From Sarea resinae (taxonomy: Eukaryota): DNA of 64,000 nucleotides. The position numbers and the translations under genes are program-made. The stretch covers positions 1-64,000 of the forward strand of contig JAPEUD010000075.1 in the NCBI GenBank assembly GCA_026026165.1. Direction: 5' to 3'. Position 1 is the stretch's first letter. The number at the start of each line of letters is the position of its first letter. Positions 36,527 through 44,891 of this stretch are shown one piece after another. The notes under the pieces are model-generated. The model had not been told where the DNA came from and searched no databases. It saw only the letters and a list, made by a program, of their open reading frames with translations.

Positions 36527-37102
36527 CTACATGATCACACAAGCGTCAACGCCGCGAGCGCGACCTCTCCTCCTCGCTGGTGGCACAGGGTGTGGATCCC
36601 GCCACCCATCGCGCGTACATCTGTACCCCATCCCGCTCGACGGAGGAAAGATGGCAGGTTCGTAGTACTGGGCGCCTGTGCTGTCGTAGGCGTATCCATA
36701 GCCGCCGGCGCTGGCATAGCCGGTGTACCCGTGCTGACGATGATCATGGCGGTTGCCGCTATGACTACTATAGTTGTGGCCTCCATGGCCGCTGCGCTGA
36801 TGACCAGGAATGGGGCTCATGCCATAAGGGCCCTGTCCTGGATAGCCAGGGCCGGTTTCGTAAGTTCTGTCGTATACGCTATTGGAGCCATTGCTTCTGT
36901 GGGAGCGAGAGCTGCGACTGCTATAGCCTTGGTTTCCGTGCCGGCTGCTGTGCTGGCGGCTAGGAGTGGGAGTCAAGTCGCCAGGGTTCTGCCGTGGATA
37001 TCTGGGACCAGTGTCGTAGTCGCCGATGTACGGCCTGCTGTAGGCGTTGCTTCCACGGTGACTGGAGCGGTTGCCGTAACCGTGGTGGCTATGACGAGTC
37101 AT
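36527..37102 (-). CDS. Orphan Gly/His/Ser/Tyr/Arg-rich protein with polybasic + CaaX terminus (RRRGRARGVDA-CVIM), 191 aa
   Basis: ATG with A at -3, pyrimidine-ending codon bias, internal duplication, canonical CaaX directly before the stop. Confidence 0.65.
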   Translation of the reverse strand: MTRHSHHGYGNRSSHRGSNAYSRPYIGDYDTGPRYPRQNPGDLTPTPSRQHSSRHGNQGYSSRSSRSHRSNGSNSVYDRTYETGPGYPGQGPYGMSPIPGHQRSGHGGHNYSSHSGNRHDHRQHGYTGYASAGGYGYAYDSTGAQYYEPAIFPPSSGMGYRCTRDGWRDPHPVPPARRRGRARGVDACVIM

Positions 37103-37734
37103 TGTATTGAAGCTGCTTTTTTGCCAGTAAACCCAGGTGATTCTTCATTCGAGGGTAAAGAACAGAAAGATAGAAGATCCTATGTATGTGAGGTGTCTTG
37201 TTGTCGAGATATCCGTTGTTGTAGGAAAGGTAGTGCCGACTCTAGAAAATGTTTAAAGAGGACAGACATCGAGGGGTGATTTTAGAGTAGAGAGAAGTTG
37301 ACGAGGAAGGATGCGAGGAAGACATATATGTAAAGTGGGCTGCGGCCCCGCAACGTCAAGCAAAGCCTGACGTATAGCTCTAATATAAGAATGCATCCCA
37401 CATGTAGATTCACTATTATGTGATAGTCGGAGATGGGGCTGATGTACTGGGTAGTAACCATGAGCTTCATCCCATACGAGAGGTGATTAATGCATTGATA
37501 TATCAATCGCTTAAGAGATCTAGAGAAAAGCGAGTCAAGGGTATAGATAAACCTGTCAAAGTTGTGTCATTCTCATCAATTCACGTCGTCACGACTCGCC
37601 CTTTCTTATTTATAGAATATAGAAAAAGAAGATATAGAAGAAAATGAAGAGGGAAAACGCAAAGCAACAGTACCAGTCATCCTACCTCCCCTGCCCGCCG
37701 AATCCCTTTCAGCAAAGAAACGAGTCCTATTATA

Positions 37735-38358
37735 TCACATTACGGTACAAGTGTTCGATCTCCTCGCTCTCCGCGCCTTTCTACTAGTACGTGAAAGTGT
37801 GGATCGTTCATTGCGGGGCAGTCTCCTGCCAAATTGATCGTACCCGTAAATCTCTTCGTCATCGTAGTCGTCATCCTCGTCCTCGTTCTCTTCCTCGTTT
37901 GGGTTGCTGATATCGTCGGCATTGTGGCGGAATACGGCGCGATCATCACCCTTAAAAGCGCCATCACTGTTGCCATGATTGTTGATACCGGTACGATGAT
38001 CACCACGGGCATGACCACTCCAAGGAGCACGATTACCATGGGCCTGACCACCACCGCGGGCACGGCCGCCACCACGGACACGATGACCACCACGGGTACG
38101 ATCACCACGAGAACCTCGCCGACCCGGAAAGCCTCCATAGAGGTCAGCAGGCTGATCGACAAACGTCAAACCCTCGTAATAGTGCGAGAAGGTCTCTGGA
38201 TGCAGGCCCCACGTTAATATGTTGACCTCTCTACCGTCGTCGGTGATCGCTCTGCGCGCGTGGTCGCCGAACACATAGTGGTTGTCCCAAGGGAAATCCA
38301 CAACGGGGGTGTAGCCGTACTGGATATTGGGGTTATCGAGGCGGCGGTCACGAGCCAT
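37735..38358 (-). CDS. Orphan RGG-rich/acidic protein with polybasic + CaaX terminus (SRKARRARRSNT-CTVM), 207 aa
   Basis: The ORF-track start at 38397 is TTG. First ATG at 38358 has strong context (CACC-ATG-G); TATAAAT on the minus strand at 38621-38627; CaaX directly before the stop. Confidence 0.65.
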   Translation of the reverse strand: MARDRRLDNPNIQYGYTPVVDFPWDNHYVFGDHARRAITDDGREVNILTWGLHPETFSHYYEGLTFVDQPADLYGGFPGRRGSRGDRTRGGHRVRGGGRARGGGQAHGNRAPWSGHARGDHRTGINNHGNSDGAFKGDDRAVFRHNADDISNPNEEENEDEDDDYDDEEIYGYDQFGRRLPRNERSTLSRTSRKARRARRSNTCTVM

Positions 38359-38870
38359 GGTGATCTTCGGGGCCTTTTTCTCTGTCGTTGGGTGCAAGCT
38401 GCGTTATGAAGTATTGTAGTTGGGCTCAAGTGAAAGAGAGAAGAGAGGCCGTGCGTATCAATCTACCCCAAGGCTGTTCCAAGTCGAAAGGCAAACGTTT
38501 TAAACAACTCTCTGGATTCTATTGAATTCGTAGTCAGTAAAGTCTAGAATCAGTGCGGTATGAAACTAGAAAGAGAGGAGAAGACTACTACAAAGGAGGG
38601 TTCTTTATCTGGAGACGTCTATTTATATCCCCAATCTTTTCTGCCCGTCATACCTAGGCGGTACAGTGGGCGGTCAGTGTAAGCAGTACGAAGTACGAAG
38701 TACTTCGAATCCGTGTGGTATTCGATTGCAAAGAACACTAATCGGATTGCTAGCAATTCACTGCCGCTGCAACTGGCCTTGCCATTTCATTCACTAGGAG
38801 CTTTCGGACAACATCACACGACATTACCCTAGATTCCCCTGCATCTTCGCTCACACCAAACGCATTCACT

Positions 38871-39906
38871 TCACGCTTCACCGATGACGCTCTTGAATTG
38901 CTTCATCTGATTCTCCCATTCGTATGCATCACTGGATGCCCACTCCCTCACCCTCTCAAGTCCAGCTAGGTCACCCCCCATCCGATTAGCGTTGGTTGTG
39001 CCGTCGAGCACAACGGTATTTTCAAGTCCAAGGACGAGACAATACAATGCCACTTCTTTTTCGACTCCAGCACTTTCTGCAAGTATTTGGACAGGCAAGC
39101 ATCGTAGAAGTCGGGGATTTGCCGTCTGCTACTGTCAGCTTGGAGGTTGTTAACAAGAAAACGGGAATACTACCAAAGTCCAGAAGCTCTGATAGATAAT
39201 GCCCCTATCTCGGCAGAACTCCCGCAACGGAACATCGAACCCTGTCTGCGGGTGGAAGCGGTTCTGCACCACCGCTGGCTTGATCTTCACAGCATCATAC
39301 AGGGCCTCCAACACAGAGAGCGAGGTATTGGAAATTCCTAGATTGTGAATCTTATCAGGGACAAATTCCTCGAGCGTCTGCCAAGCCTCTAGAGTTTGAG
39401 CCATGGATGGTAGAGGCGAGTGGAGGACTAAGCTGTCGATGTAAGAAGAGTCGGAGCTCTGAGAATGCCTCAGCTGATTTAAAGATGAGGAGATTGAGGT
39501 GCGGACTTGGTCGGAAATGGATGATCTTGGGTCATAAGGCATGTTGTCACGATTTTGTCCATTGACCGAGGTGAACTTGGTCTGCACCTTAATGGAACAG
39601 AGGAAGATGGAATGTCAGAGCATGTCTGCAGATTACTGTAGTCATCCTTACATAGAGATCTTCGCGATTGATCTTCCCCTCTTCCAAGACCTCTCGAACG
39701 GCTTTCCCCACAAGGTCTTCGCGATAATGCTTGGGCTGAGCCGCGACATCGATGCCTGTGAAGCCGGCCTTTAACGCTTCACACACAAGGACTGCAGTCT
39801 CCGCTTTCTTCCAGGCCGTGCCGTAAAGAAGAGCTGGGATCTTGGTTTTCGGGAGTGAGGCCTGAGCTGCGTTGAGTGAAAGAGCGCCAAACAATGCTGA
39901 CGGCAT
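38871..39906 (-). CDS. Aldo/keto reductase family protein, 3 exons
   Basis: LYGTAWKK, GIDVAAQPKHYREDLVG (Asp, Tyr), REDLY|VQTKF (Lys), IDSLVLHSP (His), LGISN, VVQNRF, YQSFWTL. First intron 39588-39651. Confidence 0.9.
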
Positions 39907-40567
39907 GATGAAGGTGGAAACAAGAGGAAAGGCAACCTTCCCCGAGGTTATCAGATAGTTGTATAAGTCAAATGTGTCTTTGGCTTGACGCTTTCTGATT
40001 GTAAAGAGAAGCAATTGAACGATTTGCAATGATTTAGCGTTGACTGATACTGTCGTGCGGGTGGCAATTGTGGCCCCCAGACCTTGCTGACCGTCCTGAC
40101 AAAACGTCTACATACAGATCATCTAGAAGTTGAAATTGATGATGGATGCTCAATCTATGAATGACGAAAAGGGAATCGGTGGGTGATTTCACCAACGTCG
40201 TCTGGTGTAGCATCCGTCATCCATTCATTCCACAACAGTGACGACGACAACAACAGCGACAACAGTGACATAATCTCGCTGACAGACAGCCCCATCAACA
40301 CACAATCACGTGCTCGCTTAACAACGAGTCTGACGAGCATTTCTCATTCATCCCCTCCAGTCCGTCCATTCATTATTCATTCCCTAACACGTCCCACGCC
40401 CTCTTCAAAACCAAAACAACTCCCTCGCTCGAACCCACCACCACCACGACCCAACATCACGACCACCACCCATCACCACACATCAATAGCACATTCAGTC
40501 ACGCAAAATCACGGTCGCATAACTGTCTGCAATTCGAAACTCGACGATCTAGACGCTAGAGATCATC

Positions 40568-41492
40568 ATGTCTGGCGGAAAAGGCAAATCCCATGGCGGC
40601 AAGGCTGGGCCGAAAGAGGCGGCTGGCAAGAGCCAGAAGTCGCATAGCGCAAAGGCTGGACTGCAGGTATGTCGAAGCTGTGAACATCTCATCGTACCAC
40701 TGTCTTTTGCCTTCCCCATTATCACGTCTTGGACCTTGCGTGTCGAGACTGCGATGATGGTGGGGCGCATGCACCGTTCGAACGCGTCGCAATCTCCATG
40801 AAAGTCTTATTTTCGAAAATGAGGACCTGTCACTGGAAATCCTTTGCTTCTGTGGCTATCTACGCGTCATAGTCTCTATTTTCTCTCTCTTTCGACGCGT
40901 CTTCTTTATCACGATTATGCGCTCGAATCATCAATAGAGGGCTCCGTTACTGACGCAAATATTTTCCTCAGTTCCCTTGCGGCCGCGTCAAGCGTTTCCT
41001 GAAGAACAACACCCAAAACAAGATGCGCGTCGGAGCAAAGGGTGAGTCACCCGGCCCGAAGACTGCTGCCTAATCCCGCACTTGCATATGCAGAACGAAG
41101 AATCGAACAATAGTCACTAACAACGCTCGCTCTTTCCAGCCGCCGTCTACGTAACCGCAGTCCTCGAATACCTCACAGCAGAAGTGCTTGAGCTTGCAGG
41201 TGTAAGTCCCGCCCAGCCCTATCCATAATCCTTCTCATTTATCCCCTCCTTTTGCCCTCTCCTCTCTAGAGTCGCACAACTCACATCCCTCGAACCCACA
41301 CAGAACGCAGCCAAGGACCTCAAAGTCAAGCGCATAACCCCGCGCCACCTGCAGCTCGCGATCCGCGGCGACGAAGAACTCGACACGCTGATCCGCGCGA
41401 CCATTGCCTTCGGCGGCGTCCTGCCGCACATCAACCGCGCCCTGCTCCTGAAGGTCGAGCAGAAGAAGAAGAGCAAGGCCGTCGAGGCTTAG
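40568..41492 (+). CDS. HTZ1: Histone H2A.Z, 4 exons
   Basis: [12 protein letters not shown]...[101 protein letters not shown]. Intron 1 is 40667-40971. Confidence 0.97.
40782..40900. promoter_or_regulatory. Three perfect MCB (ACGCGT) boxes in H2A.Z intron 1
   Basis: ACGCGT at 40782-40787, 40862-40867 and 40895-40900, each followed by C. Confidence 0.5.
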
Positions 41493-42500
41493 ACTGGGTC
41501 GATGGCTTTTCTTTCACATCAGCTTAGTCGATCGATGATGATGATGTTCGATACGGTCTCCAATCCTTCCCTCTTCCCGAGTCCCTGCCCGGGCCCCCAC
41601 TCCTCTTTTCTCTTTCGGGACTGCGATACCACCACGAACGATCGAACGATCTCGAGCTCGTTTCCTCTTAATTCCCTTTTTTGCTTATGTCTCTCCTTTT
41701 CTTTCTCTAATGGAGATAGCCAGCCAGCCAGCTAGCCAGGCCAGGCCACCTCCATCCTCGCTAGGGTATGTGCCGGGATCAGGATCGGGGTTTTCGGAGA
41801 CGGTCTCTCTCATTCAGGGGTGTGTGCGGCGGGGACGGGCCCAAGCCCAGGCCCAGGGGAAGGCGCTCGATATGGCTTTTTTGTACTTCTTTCCTTTTGT
41901 TTCTTCCCTTGAACCCTTTTTTTTCTTTTCCCACCCCACACGCGGTTTTCTTTTATGAAGAAAGATGGAAAGGACAGGAGAAGAAGGCGGTTGCTTTAGT
42001 GGTGGCTGAGGGGTCGTGGCTGTATTACTAGTTTCTTTTTTTTACTTTCTCTCTTTTCTTTTCTTTTCTTTTCTTTCCTCCCTGTTTTGTGGGTGCAAAG
42101 GAAGATTGGGAGGGGGGGGGAGTGTGGTCGATATGCTTGTCCGTGCGGGCGTTCGTTCGTGCGTGCGTGCTAGAGCGTGCTAGTAGAGCGTGAGTTAGAA
42201 AGAAAGTCGAAAAAGAATGAAAAGGATGAAAAGACGGCAATGAAAAGAAAACGAAAACAAAAGAAACGGGAGGAGGAAAAGAGGAAAGTCGTGACTGTGG
42301 TGAAGATTATGACTTTATTGTTTTTGTATTTGTGATTCGTGATTTGTATTTATGGTACCGATGGTGAGGCTGAGGCTGAGGCTGAGGCTGATGGTTACGT
42401 AGGCAGGTAGGTCAATTGAAAAAAGGAACCAAAACTAATATGATGCCTGAGGTTGGCCGAGGGAAGGGGGGGTGGATGTCCTAATTCGCCGACTCGAATC

Positions 42501-44393
42501 CTACCTCCTGCCAGCAGTACCTCTCCCCCCACCAGCACCAGCACCCCCGCCACGAGCGCCAGCAGGACCTCCGCCGCCCCTCCACCCGCCAGGTCCGCTC
42601 CTCCCACCACCTCCTCCTCCACCATCTCTACCACCCTCTCTCCCCCTCCCCATCCCCTTGCCTTTCGACCCCAGAATCTCCCTCTCCCTCTCCCGGGCCC
42701 GCTCGCGCGGATCCAGCACCACGACCTCTTCCTCCTGGCGGCGCTTCCACTCGAGATCTTTGCCGCGGCGGTCCTTGGCAAAGGAGAGGGCGTGGGCCAT
42801 CCAGTTGGCGTCGGATTTGTCGTTGGTGTCGTCATCTTTGGTGGGACGGAGGGTTGATGGGGACGATGGGGAGCGGGGGGAGGGGGGCTGGGACCAGGCG
42901 CGGCATGATTGGCAGTTTGCGATGAAGTGCAGGTCGCAGAGGTGTGCTTCTTCGTCGTCGGCGTCGGCGTCGGCGTTGGCGCCGGCATTGGCGCCGGGTT
43001 CAGGGTGGCGGTGGATTTTGTTGGTATCGGTGGCACCACCATGGCCATTCGCCTTCCCATTCGCATTCGCATTCGCATTCCCATTCGCATTCCCATTCGC
43101 ATTCCCATTCGCATTCCCATTTTCCTCATCACGGCGCTTCGGCGTCCTCTCGCCCGCACCCGCACCCGCACCCGCACTCGCATCCGCATGCTCGAGTTTC
43201 TGCTTAAAGGCACGGAGCATATCGAGGGCTTCTCGATCTTGCTCGGACTCGCCCCGTCCTCCACCTGCGGTGGTCGAATGCAAGCCCTTGCGCTTGCGGG
43301 CGCGGATGGAGTTTTCGGGGATCAGCGACTCGAGCGCAGATTTCTTGCGCGGAGGCTGCGTGGAGAGAGCGCTGGGATGGGCGGACCGCTTCATGGAGGC
43401 TTTGAGCGCGGCGATTTCCGCCGTTGTGGCTTCGAGGGTGGATTTAGATGTTCGCGGATCGGGTTCTGGGGACGAGGAAGGAGAGCGAGAGGGGGAGGCG
43501 TTGCGGGATAGTTTGGAGGCCGCCGTTGATGCAGTGTGCGGTTTTGACGGTGGCGATAGTGATGGTGGTGTTGGGGACTGTGGTTTATGGGTAGGAGGAC
43601 GCCTCGAGGAAGAAGAAACTTTCTTCTCCTTCTCGTCTCTTCTTGCGACCTGTTGCTGCTCATCGCCGCCAGCCTTGACGAGCTTGGTATTGAATTTCGG
43701 CTTCTTGGCCACGGGACGATCCACCTCTTCAGCATCCTCTCCCTCATCAGCACCGAAACTCAACAGCGTCTTCTCTGCCTTCTTCTTCGTCCTTTTCTTG
43801 CCCTCCTTGTTCTCTTGCGTAGCTGCACCGGCCCTGGCGCTGACCACCCTCTTGAACATATCCTCAAACGGATTCACGAGCACCTCAGCCCCCGTAATCC
43901 GCGTCGGATAAAGCGGTCTCTCACTACCCTCACCCTCGGCCAGCTCCGCCTCCCCCATCTTCATGACATTGTAAATGGTATCGCCAACGACGCGGCCAAA
44001 CATGGTCATGCGGCCATCCAGCTCCTCGGCCTTGGCGAGCGTGATGAAGAACTGCGAGCCATTGTCGTCCTTGCGGCCCGAATTCGCCATGCCCAGCAGA
44101 CCCCTCCGGTTGAACTTCAGCCGGCTGTGAAACTCGTCGGCGAAAACGCCGCCATCGTAGATGGATTCGCCGCCTTCGCCCGTGCCCGTCGGATCACCAC
44201 CCTGTATGACGAAGCCAGAAACCAGCCGGTGGAAGATGGTGCCATTGTAGTAGCCGTCGAGGCAGAGCTGGAGGAAGTTGCGGGATGCGAGGGGCGTTTG
44301 CTTTGCGAAGAGCTCAAGTTCAATGTCGCCTGACGTGGTCTGGAGGAGCACTTTGGCCGTCGGCTGCGGCTCGATATTATATGTCGTGCTCAT
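42501..44393 (-). CDS. CWC27: Spliceosome-associated cyclophilin-type peptidyl-prolyl isomerase Cwc27
   Basis: MSTTYNIEPQPTAKVLLQTTSGDIELELFAKQTPLASRNFLQLCLDGYY, FHRLVSGFVIQGGDPTGTG, DEFHSRLKFNRRGLLGMAN, LLSFG, C-terminal LCDLHFIANCQSC and WMAHALSF. Confidence 0.93.
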   Translation of the reverse strand: MSTTYNIEPQPTAKVLLQTTSGDIELELFAKQTPLASRNFLQLCLDGYYNGTIFHRLVSGFVIQGGDPTGTGEGGESIYDGGVFADEFHSRLKFNRRGLLGMANSGRKDDNGSQFFITLAKAEELDGRMTMFGRVVGDTIYNVMKMGEAELAEGEGSERPLYPTRITGAEVLVNPFEDMFKRVVSARAGAATQENKEGKKRTKKKAEKTLLSFGADEGEDAEEVDRPVAKKPKFNTKLVKAGGDEQQQVARRDEKEKKVSSSSRRPPTHKPQSPTPPSLSPPSKPHTASTAASKLSRNASPSRSPSSSPEPDPRTSKSTLEATTAEIAALKASMKRSAHPSALSTQPPRKKSALESLIPENSIRARKRKGLHSTTAGGGRGESEQDREALDMLRAFKQKLEHADASAGAGAGAGERTPKRRDEENGNANGNANGNANGNANANANGKANGHGGATDTNKIHRHPEPGANAGANADADADDEEAHLCDLHFIANCQSCRAWSQPPSPRSPSSPSTLRPTKDDDTNDKSDANWMAHALSFAKDRRGKDLEWKRRQEEEVVVLDPRERAREREREILGSKGKGMGRGREGGRDGGGGGGGRSGPGGWRGGGGPAGARGGGAGAGGGRGTAGRR

Positions 44394-44891
44394 CTTCTGT
44401 TGGCATGGGTTTCAGCGCAAAGGCATAAACGCCGAAGTAGATAATAAATGAGATATTGTACCAGCGTCGGAGCTTCGAAGTTTGACGTCGTTGGTTTCGC
44501 GATCCCATTGCTGACTAAGACTTTGTGTCGGCCTGAACCACCGAGGCACCAACAGCCACCCACTGGGAGGAGGAGACTATGGGTGATAGTAGAGGTTTCA
44601 TTTTCATTGATTGTTTATTGCTACTAATTATTGGTATCTAATGGCAAACACTGCCACACCGCCGTCACCATCATCACCATCATCATCATCGTCATCGCAT
44701 TACTACATCTCGACCAGCTCCATTTCGTGACTCTGAAACCACCTTAGAAACCTATCCACTTCCTTTCCGTTCCAGCCTGAATATCTCGCTCATCCGAATT
44801 CCCAAACGGCAATGTAAGCCAAGATGAAGGATTATGCGCGGCGACTTTCTTCTCGAGCTCAAAATCCGCAAAGTTCAAAGATTCCAATGGT

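Noticed and set aside
36473..37279. 268-aa hydrophobic + strand ORF
   Set aside because: GTG start and exact antisense of the CVIM ORF, whose codon bias, repeat and terminal motif argue it is the real one.
32722..39906. Secondary-metabolite cluster (P450 + AKR)
   Set aside because: No backbone synthase, transporter or pathway regulator in the window.
40750..40955. Intronic box C/D snoRNA in H2A.Z intron 1
   Set aside because: Box C is imperfect (ATGATGG) and the only CTGA coincides with the branch site.
42395..44333. Long alternative-frame and antisense ORFs over CWC27
   Set aside because: Shadow ORFs of a GC-rich, repeat-containing real gene.
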